From: Candidatus Omnitrophota bacterium
GTDB taxonomy: Bacteria > Omnitrophota > Gorgyraeia > Zapsychrales > Fredricksoniimonadaceae
Direction of reading: 5' to 3'
Assembly (NCBI GenBank): GCA_030650275.1
Contig: JAUSEK010000012.1
Span: forward strand, 472 to 64,471
DNA: 64,000 nucleotides
Of the stretch, positions 13,785-21,272 are shown piece by piece. Within the stretch, counting starts at the first letter, position 1; every line of letters begins with the position of its first letter. A program made the position numbers and the translations under genes. The notes beneath the pieces are model-generated. The model saw only the letters and a list, made by a program, of their open reading frames with translations, was not told the DNA's origin and did no database searches.

Positions 13785-14981
13785 TCATTCCCCGAATACA
13801 TCAGGGATGGACTTTTGCCGCAACGGCGTTGAAGGAATGATCTTCGGAACAAAAATGATCTGGGCCAGCATCAAACAACCGATCGCGAAAAACGTCAGGC
13901 CGAAATTCATCTGGATGAAATTGCCGCTCAAATAAAACCCTAAGCCGCCGCTGAAAAACCGCACCGAAGAATTCAACGCCGCCAGTTCCGGCCGGTACAT
14001 GTCCGAAAGATCCGTCAGCACCGTGGATATACCGTTGTGGGCAATGGTCCAGCCGACGGAGATCATGGAAAGCACCAGGGCCAAAAACGCCAGCGAATAA
14101 TGGCCGTATAAAGCCATGGTGGATAATCCTAAGATCGCGATCCCTATATAGCAGGAATTAACGCGGCCATATTTATCCGTGACCACCCCGCCGATGAGCT
14201 GTCCCGCCACAGAGGCAATGGCCGTTAAAATGATCAAAGAACTGATGGTCAACTGATCGTAATTGTAGACCTTATCCAGATAAACGCCATACCATTTGCA
14301 TACGCCGTGAAAGAACAAACTCATGAAAAAAATAAAGATCAGGATGCGACGCAAACCGGCCAGACGAAAAGCATCGCCATAATTGACCTTGACCCCGGTA
14401 TTGGCCTCCATGCCTTCCTCGGGACAGAACCATAAACCGAAAACAAGTACAAAGCCCAACAGCGCCGGGACCGCGAATAGCCAATGCCAGTCGGCAAAAG
14501 CGCTTAAGACCAGCCCCAGCAAGGCGCCAAAGAACGACGAACTGAAAAACAACCCCAGGACCCGGCCGCGGATGTCTTTTTCAAATATCTTGCCCAGCGT
14601 CATGATCGCCAGCGGTGTGACGGCCGCGGCACCGATGCCCGCGATGACCCGCCCCAAGAGGATCATATTGAGCGAATCCGTCCACAGGCACATCCAGTTG
14701 CCGAAACCGCACAGCGCAACAGCCGCGATCATCAAATTTTTGATGGAGAACCGCACGGCCAGCGGCGCGTAAAAAAGCGCGCATACGCCATAGGGAATGA
14801 TATAGAACGGGATGATGCCCGCCGCATCCCCCATTGGAACATTCAAAGAGCGGCTGACCGCCGGAATGACCGCGGTCAGGGCTGAAATGTTAAATGAAAC
14901 AAGAACGTTGGTACAGCAAAAGAAAAATAAGATCCAACGTCTGCTAACGGGCGATCGATCATCGCCCCTACTTACTGACAT
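13785..14981 (-). CDS. MFS transporter (drug:H+ antiporter-like exporter)
   Basis: About 12 hydrophobic segments; GRVIAGIG and TDKYGR motifs. Confidence 0.88.
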   Translation of the reverse strand: MSVSRGDDRSPVSRRWILFFFCCTNVLVSFNISALTAVIPAVSRSLNVPMGDAAGIIPFYIIPYGVCALFYAPLAVRFSIKNLMIAAVALCGFGNWMCLWTDSLNMILLGRVIAGIGAAAVTPLAIMTLGKIFEKDIRGRVLGLFFSSSFFGALLGLVLSAFADWHWLFAVPALLGFVLVFGLWFCPEEGMEANTGVKVNYGDAFRLAGLRRILIFIFFMSLFFHGVCKWYGVYLDKVYNYDQLTISSLIILTAIASVAGQLIGGVVTDKYGRVNSCYIGIAILGLSTMALYGHYSLAFLALVLSMISVGWTIAHNGISTVLTDLSDMYRPELAALNSSVRFFSGGLGFYLSGNFIQMNFGLTFFAIGCLMLAQIIFVPKIIPSTPLRQKSIPDVFGE

Positions 14982-15417
14982 GGGCTTCAGATTCGATCAC
15001 TTTCTTGAATATCTGCAGGTTATCCTGCGAATGCTTGTTGATGAACCCTTCGATCTGCTCGGCGGTGAATTTGGTGAATTTGGGGTCCATTTCAAAATCC
15101 TGGATCCATTTCATGGAAATGCCGCCTTGAACTTCGGTATAGAACCACACAATTTTCATATACAAAAATGGGAACAGCGGGTCCCAACGCTGGGCATAGG
15201 CGAATTTCAGGTCCTTGTATAACCAGCGTTTGGACACCCATGACTTGCCATCCTCATCGGTCAGGCGAAAGGTGATCTCGTTGCCCTTGTGCTCCAGCAC
15301 ATCAGCGCTGGCATATTCCTTGCCGAACAATTCAGTCCAGCGTTCAATCTTGTTGGAAATATCAAAAATCAACTCGTATGGCGCATTGATGATGATTGAA
15401 TTTACTGTATGTCCCAT
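14968..15417 (-). CDS. Polyketide aromatase/cyclase (SRPBCC, TcmN-like monodomain)
   Basis: GHTVNSIII.AP...W..LF.EY, SWVSKR and MKWIQDFEM match TcmN/WhiE-VI type cyclases; SD AGGGAGG. Confidence 0.88.
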   Translation of the reverse strand: MGHTVNSIIINAPYELIFDISNKIERWTELFGKEYASADVLEHKGNEITFRLTDEDGKSWVSKRWLYKDLKFAYAQRWDPLFPFLYMKIVWFYTEVQGGISMKWIQDFEMDPKFTKFTAEQIEGFINKHSQDNLQIFKKVIESEAHVSK

Positions 15418-15439
15418 ATCTGCCCTCCCTAAATAAATA

Positions 15440-15468
15440 TTGACTAATAATCAATAAATAATTATACT
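15440..15468 (+). promoter_or_regulatory. Sigma70-type promoter of the tRNA-like gene
   Basis: TTGACT (15440-15445), 17 nt, TATACT (15463-15468), ending 13 nt upstream of the tRNA 5' end. Confidence 0.8.
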
Positions 15469-15481
15469 TACATCAATTAGT

Positions 15482-15555
15482 GCCCCGGTGGTGTAATGGA
15501 TCAGCATGCAGCTCTGGCGATGTCTGAGGCGCGGGTTCGAATCCCGCCTGGGGTA
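15482..15555 (+). tRNA. Aberrant tRNA-like gene with GGC/GGCG anticodon loop and uncertain identity
   Basis: Acceptor GCCCCGG/CTGGGGT plus A73; D-stem GTGT/GCAT with GG; T-arm GCGGG-TTCGAAT-CCCGC; irregular anticodon arm CAGCT-CTGGCGAT-GTCTG; followed by CTA rather than CCA. Confidence 0.85.
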
Positions 15556-15560
15556 CTAAA

Positions 15561-15605
15561 GGCCTTAAAGATCGAGCCAGAGCGATTTTTAAGGCCATCT
15601 TTTTT
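15561..15605 (+). terminator. tRNA trailer hairpin / probable terminator with anticodon-complementary loop
   Basis: 14-bp stem 15561-15574 / 15583-15596, loop AGCCAGAG, then ATC and a T6 run. Confidence 0.7.
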
Positions 15606-15606
15606 C

Positions 15607-15635
15607 TTGCAAAGAACAGTTAAAAATGATATATT
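15607..15635 (+). promoter_or_regulatory. Sigma70-type promoter of the small antisense RNA
   Basis: TTGCAA (15607-15612), 17 nt, extended -10 TGn-TATATT (15630-15635). Confidence 0.72.
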
Positions 15636-15641
15636 TTAATT

Positions 15642-15711
15642 AATCGATTTTCGCCAGAGCTGTATGTTATCCAGTTTCATTAGGCCGCGATCACTCGCGG
15701 CCTTTCTTTTT
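15642..15711 (+). ncRNA. Putative ~70-nt sRNA antisense to the neighbouring tRNA-like RNA
   Basis: 15651-15673 pairs with 15497-15520 (21 Watson-Crick, 2 G.U, 1 bulge); own promoter and terminator. 5' end is estimated. Confidence 0.7.
15682..15711 (+). terminator. Intrinsic terminator of the putative sRNA
   Basis: AGGCCGCGA-TCAC-TCGCGGCCT followed by TTCTTTTT. Confidence 0.85.
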
Positions 15712-15909
15712 ATGTTTGCAACCACCCTTTTAACCTCATTCCGGACGCATGATAATTCTTGGCTGGCACCGATTCCCGATTCTCCACGGCGCGCTTCCCT
15801 TCTGCCCTTCTCTCGTTGGGCTGTCCCCCATTCCCAGGGTCAAGACTAGTTGGGCGTTCTAATTTAATGAATCGTGTCTTTTTTAAACTACAGCCAAGAT
15901 AAATTTAAT

Positions 15910-16710
15910 CTATAAAATAGCGACTACCCTGCTCCAACCCGCTCCCGCATTCCTTACTTTAACAGGTAAACAAGACACCGTAAACCCAAACGGTTTCGGG
16001 ATGGTGCCTAAATTACCCAAACGTTCCATGTGACAATACTCGCGCTCGCGTCCGAGGAAATGGCAGGGCCAGATCTTACTCTTGTCCTTGGTGGTCAAAA
16101 ATTCCTTGAACATCAAAAAACACGGGCGGTCAAGGCCGATGGTGTCAATGCCCATCATCTTGATGCCCGCATCCAGCAAATACTCCACGGCATCGGGCAT
16201 CATGCCCACATATTTGTTCACGTAATCGTCGGTCCCCAACAACTTGTCCCCACCCGTATAAATGAGCACAATGTCCATTGGCTTTAAAATATATTTGATC
16301 TTTTTCAGCGCGGCAATGACATGGTCCTTGGTGATGGCATCGGGGAATTTCAAATGGGTGAGATCCAAAACCACGCCGGGGCCATAACACCACTCCAGCG
16401 GCACGTCCATGATCTGTTTGGCCGGCTTGCCCTCGCACATACTTCCATAATGGAACGGCGCATCCACATGAGAGCCCATGTGCACCGACGAATGCACCAC
16501 TTCCAAAGACGGCATTTCGCCGCCGGGGATCTCCTCTGCCGTAGCAACACGCTCGCCTTTGTCAAAACGCTCCTGGCCCCCGGGCTGTTTGCTCATCACC
16601 ACCCAGTTGAAATGTTCAACACCCTGCGCATGCGTGATGCGGTCGATCTTGGCATCGTGCGTTTCGACAAGTGTGTCATCTATGGGTAAACTAAGGTCTA
16701 TAATTTTCAT
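15910..16710 (-). CDS. Cyclase family protein (kynurenine formamidase fold; polyketide ring cyclase)
   Basis: IIDLS start, HMGSHVDAPFH metal motif, GIDT and ERLGNL; in PKS cluster. Start reassigned to exclude the palindromic repeat. Confidence 0.87.
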   Translation of the reverse strand: MKIIDLSLPIDDTLVETHDAKIDRITHAQGVEHFNWVVMSKQPGGQERFDKGERVATAEEIPGGEMPSLEVVHSSVHMGSHVDAPFHYGSMCEGKPAKQIMDVPLEWCYGPGVVLDLTHLKFPDAITKDHVIAALKKIKYILKPMDIVLIYTGGDKLLGTDDYVNKYVGMMPDAVEYLLDAGIKMMGIDTIGLDRPCFLMFKEFLTTKDKSKIWPCHFLGREREYCHMERLGNLGTIPKPFGFTVSCLPVKVRNAGAGWSRVVAIL

Positions 16711-16715
16711 AATGC

Positions 16716-16748
16716 CTGGATTCCCGACAGAAACATTCGGGAATGACA
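16716..16748. repeat. Palindromic REP-like unit (CTGGATTCCCG...CGGGAATGACA)
   Basis: Near-identical to units at 24760-24837; related unit at 29841-29867. Confidence 0.8.
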
Positions 16749-16754
16749 ATTGGA

Positions 16755-17039
16755 TTAATGCTCATGCCCACAGCCGCAGGAATGGCCGCCACTGGCCTGG
16801 GCCTTGGATCTTAGAATGCCGATGATCTCATTGAACGAATGCGTCTTTTTCAATTCATTGTCCTTAAGCGCGATGCCCAGTTCCTTTTTGATACCGACCG
16901 AGATCTCCACCATTTCCGTTGAGTCAATGTCCAAGGACTCGTCCAGTTTTGCGCCGGGGATGATCTCGCTGTCCTTGATATCCAGAACCTTTTTGAAGAT
17001 GGCTTTGACCTTGCTTTCGAGGTCTGTCTGGGTCTGCAT
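16755..17039 (-). CDS. Acyl carrier protein
   Basis: LDIDSTEMVEI phosphopantetheinylation motif; follows the KS/CLF pair. Confidence 0.92.
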   Translation of the reverse strand: MQTQTDLESKVKAIFKKVLDIKDSEIIPGAKLDESLDIDSTEMVEISVGIKKELGIALKDNELKKTHSFNEIIGILRSKAQASGGHSCGCGHEH

Positions 17040-17060
17040 TTTTTTCTCCGTTTAATGTTT

Positions 17061-18293
17061 TTAAAGTTTCTGCAGGACTAAAACGCAGTTGATCCCGCCG
17101 CGTCCGCGGTTGATGATCAAAGCATTCTTGATAGTTTTTGCCTGCGCTTTGTTGGGGCAATAATCCAGGTCGCATTCCGGGTCCGGTGTCTGATAATTGA
17201 TGGTCGGCGGCACCATGCCGTGTTCCATGGCCAGCACCGTCGTGATGACGTCCAAAGCCCCGCAGGCGCCCAGCATATTGCCGAACACCGACTTAGGCGC
17301 GGACACCGGTACCTTCTTCGCGTAACCGTTAAAGGCCTGTTTGATGGCTTTTGTTTCGGTGATGTCGCCCAAAACTGTTGCAGCACCATCAGCGCAAATA
17401 TAATCAATGTCTTTGGGGGAAAGCCCGGCATCGTCCAGGGCTGATCTGATGGCACGGGCCAATTGTTTGGCATCCGGCGCCGGATCAATGCGGTTGACAG
17501 CATCGGTGGTGGACGCATAACCGATGATATTGGCATAGACATGGGCTTTACGCTTGATGGCCCGTGACTGCGGTTCCAGCGTCAAGACCCCGGCACCTTC
17601 GGCAATGGCCAAACCATCGCGGTTTTTGTCAAACGGCCGATACGCTTGGCGCGGGTCATCATTGCGTTTGGACAAAACCCCTGACGTGTTGCAGCACAAA
17701 AGCGCGTAGGGCGTCACCGGCGCTTCCATGCCCCCGGCCAAAATAAAATCGCATTTGTTACGGATGATGGTCCTGGCCGCGTAGCCGATGGCCATCAAAG
17801 AACTGGCCCTGTCCGCGACAATGGTCTTGGAAAAACCTTTGATGCCGTAATGAATGGATATCTGCCCCTGCGGTGCCGCGGGAAACCACGCGGAGGCCAT
17901 GAAAGGACTCACCCCTTCCCGGCCTTCCAGATACATATCGCGCAACTCGGTCTCGGCATACAGCCAACCGCCCAAGGCATTGCCCATAAAGATCCCGACG
18001 CGCTTTAAATCCTCGTCAGGCAGATTAATGCCCGCGTCATTCAGGCACATTTCAGAAGCCACCAAAGCCATATGCGAAAAAAGATCTATCTTCTTTAAAA
18101 GCCGCGATGAGACATTGCTATAAGCATCCAATTCTTTGACAGTCCCGGCAATGCGCGACGGATAAGCGCTGGCGTCGAAACGCTCGATCTTTTCAACCGC
18201 GCTCCTGCCATGGGCCACATTGGCCCAGAACACTTTTTTGTCCATCCCTGACGGGGATATGACGCCTAAACCGGTGATCGCAATGGGGTCCAT
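17061..18293 (-). CDS. Type II PKS chain length factor (KS-beta)
   Basis: KS fold lacking the catalytic Cys (VADRASS) and His (ICADGAA); SAWFPAA..GQISI is typical of CLF; coupled to KS-alpha. Confidence 0.9.
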   Translation of the reverse strand: MDPIAITGLGVISPSGMDKKVFWANVAHGRSAVEKIERFDASAYPSRIAGTVKELDAYSNVSSRLLKKIDLFSHMALVASEMCLNDAGINLPDEDLKRVGIFMGNALGGWLYAETELRDMYLEGREGVSPFMASAWFPAAPQGQISIHYGIKGFSKTIVADRASSLMAIGYAARTIIRNKCDFILAGGMEAPVTPYALLCCNTSGVLSKRNDDPRQAYRPFDKNRDGLAIAEGAGVLTLEPQSRAIKRKAHVYANIIGYASTTDAVNRIDPAPDAKQLARAIRSALDDAGLSPKDIDYICADGAATVLGDITETKAIKQAFNGYAKKVPVSAPKSVFGNMLGACGALDVITTVLAMEHGMVPPTINYQTPDPECDLDYCPNKAQAKTIKNALIINRGRGGINCVLVLQKL

Positions 18294-19564
18294 TAGGAAT
18301 ACCTTTGCAAGGTCATGGCTGAGTGAATGCCGGAAAAACCACTGGATGTCTTAAGAATACAATTAACTTTCTTCTGTATCGCTTCGTTGGGAATGTAATA
18401 CAGATCACATAAGGGGTCCGGTTCCTGCTGATTGATGGTCGGCGGCAAAATGTTGCGCTCAAAGATCAGGGAACTCAAAGCCAGCTCTATTCCGTTGGCA
18501 CCGGCCAAAGGATGGCCGATCATGGACTTCACCGAACTGATGGGAACTTTATACGCGTACGGGCCCAAGGCCATCTTATAAGCGCTGGTCTCGAACACAT
18601 CGTTCTGGCGCGTCGAGGAACCATGGGCGTTGACATAATCAATGGTTTCGGGTTTGATGCCGGCATCTTCCAGGGCCAAGGTAATGCTGTCGGCCATGGC
18701 ATCGCCTTCCGGCGGCAGATCGGTCATGTGATAAGCATTGCAGGTGGTGCCGAAACCGGTGATCTCGCAATAAATGCGCGCCCCGCGTTTGAGGGCGTGC
18801 TCCAATTCTTCAACGACCAAAAGCCCGGCGCCTTCGGAAATGACAAAACCGTTGCGTTGATTGTCGAACGGCCGTGAGGCCCCGGCCGGATCATCATTGT
18901 GCACGGAAAGGACATTGACAGTGTCAAAAGCGCCGAACGTGATGGGGGTGACGGGCGCTTCACTGGCGCCGGTGAGCATGATGTCCGCGTCCCCGTCGCT
19001 GATGGCCTCAAAAGAAAACCCGACGGAGTCCGTGCCCGCGGTACAACCCGTAGAAATGGTATTGCAAACACCCTGAAGGCCATACTTGGCGGAAAGTTCA
19101 CTCGAAGGCGTGTTGAACATCGCGGCATCGTATAGGTCCGGACGGACAATAAGCGGATTGATGGGTTTCTTGCCGCTGTCCGTGACCAGGGCGAATTCTT
19201 CTTCCATGTATTTGGTGCCGCAAATGGCATTGGCCAAAGACACGCCCATGCGCTCTTTGTCCACTTTGAAGAGATCCAAACGGGAATCCTGCAAGGCCAT
19301 GCGGCCGGCCACCATGGCGAATTGGACATAACGGTCCATGCGTATGGCTTCTTCAAACGTAAGACCCAAAGCCACGGGGTCAAAATCACGCACCTGGGCC
19401 GCGATCTTGGTGTTAAAGAGCGACACATCAAATTCTGTGACCCGGCGCACAGCCGAAACGCCCTTGATCATGGCGCTGTAACAGGCATCATTGCCGATGC
19501 CGTTGGGCGCGATGATGCCGACGCCCGTGACAACCACCCTGCGTTTCTTATTCTTATTCATCAA
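18293..19564 (-). CDS. Type II PKS ketosynthase alpha
   Basis: STGCTAG active site, NAHGSSTRQND, KSMIGH and NAYHMT..SGFSG, typical of aromatic PKS KS-alpha. Confidence 0.92.
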   Translation of the reverse strand: MMNKNKKRRVVVTGVGIIAPNGIGNDACYSAMIKGVSAVRRVTEFDVSLFNTKIAAQVRDFDPVALGLTFEEAIRMDRYVQFAMVAGRMALQDSRLDLFKVDKERMGVSLANAICGTKYMEEEFALVTDSGKKPINPLIVRPDLYDAAMFNTPSSELSAKYGLQGVCNTISTGCTAGTDSVGFSFEAISDGDADIMLTGASEAPVTPITFGAFDTVNVLSVHNDDPAGASRPFDNQRNGFVISEGAGLLVVEELEHALKRGARIYCEITGFGTTCNAYHMTDLPPEGDAMADSITLALEDAGIKPETIDYVNAHGSSTRQNDVFETSAYKMALGPYAYKVPISSVKSMIGHPLAGANGIELALSSLIFERNILPPTINQQEPDPLCDLYYIPNEAIQKKVNCILKTSSGFSGIHSAMTLQRYS

Positions 19565-19989
19565 TGCCTCAACGTTTCGTCCATCAAATTGTTATGGCTG
19601 GCAATGACCTGCCAGCGGTCCTTACCTTTTTTCCACGTCATGGTGTAGCGGCGGATGACCCGCTTGCCGCCTTCCGCGTTGATCTCAACCGTAAAGATCA
19701 AATATTGCAAAATGGCGATGTCCCCGTGGAGTTTCATCTGAACAGGACGCAATTCGCAGATGGCGATATTCGTATTCTTGGTCCAGAACCCCACCCATTT
19801 CTCCAGCCACGGACGGTCAACGGGAATGGGGCTTTCATGGCCATAGCCGATCATGTCAGGATGAATGTATTTAATAAATTCATCCACACGCTTGTTGATC
19901 AAATGGTCCCAATGCGTTTCCACGCAACCCCACACCTCACGCTCTTTTTCCCCCCAATACTCTGGGATCCATGACGCTAATTGACTCAT
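19561..19989 (-). CDS. NTF2-like/SnoaL/DUF4440 family protein (possible cyclase)
   Basis: GDIAI...RYTMTWKK..DRWQVIASH pattern of the NTF2-like fold. Confidence 0.75.
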   Translation of the reverse strand: MSQLASWIPEYWGEKEREVWGCVETHWDHLINKRVDEFIKYIHPDMIGYGHESPIPVDRPWLEKWVGFWTKNTNIAICELRPVQMKLHGDIAILQYLIFTVEINAEGGKRVIRRYTMTWKKGKDRWQVIASHNNLMDETLRH

Positions 19990-21002
19990 ATGGCCTCCGC
20001 TTTTAATTTTAAACCAAATGCGTTCTTCACATGTTCCACACTAAAGAATTTTCCCGTCCGCTCAACCTCATGCACCATATCCACGACGCGTTCGTTGAGC
20101 GGCGCATGGCCATGCAGACCTTTAGCCAAACGCACCGCTTCCCCGTTAATGAACTCTATTTCGCTCGTCTTGCCGCGCAGGATGCTCTGCAAAATAGAAC
20201 CGTACAACGGTTCTTTGCTCAAACCGGTCAGGGTTTTGTTGATGATCCCAGCACTTTGTTCAAGCGGCATATTGGCCAAACCTAAAATTCTTTCCTTCGG
20301 GAAATCCGGCATGGAAACCATCTCGATCTTCGCCTGCCGCACAATGTCCAGCCCTTCCTTGAGCAGCAGAATGCTCAAACGGCACAGGTCCAGATCAGCA
20401 AAGGTCTCCTGCATGGACTTGCCGACCAGCGCCGGGATGCAATTGTTGAAATTCACAAAAAGTTTCAGGTACTTCATCCCCATGATGTCGGGGCTCATCA
20501 CCACTTTAAACGCCTTGCCCAGGACCTCACCGGCCTTATGCGCGGCCGGGTCCAAAGGCGCCAAGGGACGGCCGATGATCCAATCGCCTTCAAAATTGAA
20601 AGTCACCTCGCCGGGTTTGACGTAAGTAGCGCCGAACATCACGATGCTTGACATTTGCCGGCCGCGGTCAAGATGGTTGCTCAATAAATGGTCCGCCTGT
20701 ACGCCGTTCTGGCTTGTCAAAACAAGGCCTGTTCCCAGATATTCACTATTTTGCTCAAAGGCCTTTTCCAGGTCTTGCGTCTTGACGGTAAAAATGACCA
20801 GGTCATAGGGTTTGTCCAGACGCAAGGCGGTGCGCACGCGAATATTCTCACTTCCCCGCACGCCCTTGATGGTCAGACCATTGGCCTTGATGGCCTTCAC
20901 CTGATCGGGCCGGCCCACTAAAAGCACGTCCTGCCCTGCCTTGGTCAAATAACCGGCGACAACACAACCGATGGCGCCGGCACCGATGACCGCGATCGTC
21001 AT
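19986..21002 (-). CDS. Ketopantoate reductase (PanE/ApbA) family oxidoreductase
   Basis: GAGAIG, TVKTQD, QNGV, KLFVN and SEIEFING motifs. Confidence 0.88.
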   Translation of the reverse strand: MTIAVIGAGAIGCVVAGYLTKAGQDVLLVGRPDQVKAIKANGLTIKGVRGSENIRVRTALRLDKPYDLVIFTVKTQDLEKAFEQNSEYLGTGLVLTSQNGVQADHLLSNHLDRGRQMSSIVMFGATYVKPGEVTFNFEGDWIIGRPLAPLDPAAHKAGEVLGKAFKVVMSPDIMGMKYLKLFVNFNNCIPALVGKSMQETFADLDLCRLSILLLKEGLDIVRQAKIEMVSMPDFPKERILGLANMPLEQSAGIINKTLTGLSKEPLYGSILQSILRGKTSEIEFINGEAVRLAKGLHGHAPLNERVVDMVHEVERTGKFFSVEHVKNAFGLKLKAEAI

Positions 21003-21268
21003 GCCTGCCCCTTATAATGAAGACCAACCTCATCCATGATACGGATCATCAACGAATAGAAGGCCTTGGGCACTTCCGTCGTGAAAGCGGCCACAATGTC
21101 CTTTTCCTCAACCTGCGTCGAGGCGCGCTGCTGCGCGTTCTGTTCGGCCTTTTTATTCACCACTTCCTGCGCGATGCCGCGATGGAAAATGGGAATAAGA
21201 TTGAGCATCCTGTTGTATTTAGCCAGGGCCGTGGGCTCCCAGGCCATTGTCGTGTGAACGCTGACCAT
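20999..21268 (-). CDS. Small PCP_red-like domain protein
   Basis: W...A......IP.FHR......KAE..A pattern resembling the BchB C-terminal domain. Confidence 0.55.
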   Translation of the reverse strand: MVSVHTTMAWEPTALAKYNRMLNLIPIFHRGIAQEVVNKKAEQNAQQRASTQVEEKDIVAAFTTEVPKAFYSLMIRIMDEVGLHYKGQA

Positions 21269-21272
21269 TATT

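Noticed and set aside
15482-15555. Ordinary tRNA-Ala(GGC) or a simple att-site tRNA fragment
   Set aside because: It lacks G3:U70 and has an irregular anticodon stem. It is full length with its own promoter, and no integrase or 3' duplicate is nearby. A decayed pseudogene cannot be fully excluded.
15664-15849. 61-aa plus-strand ORF as a type I toxin peptide
   Set aside because: No SD, it runs through a strong intrinsic terminator, and its start lies inside the antisense pairing segment.
16711-16749. N-terminal extension MSFPNVSVGNPGI of the cyclase, and likewise the folA extension 36536-36598
   Set aside because: Both are read-through of intergenic palindromic repeats; family-typical starts lie downstream.
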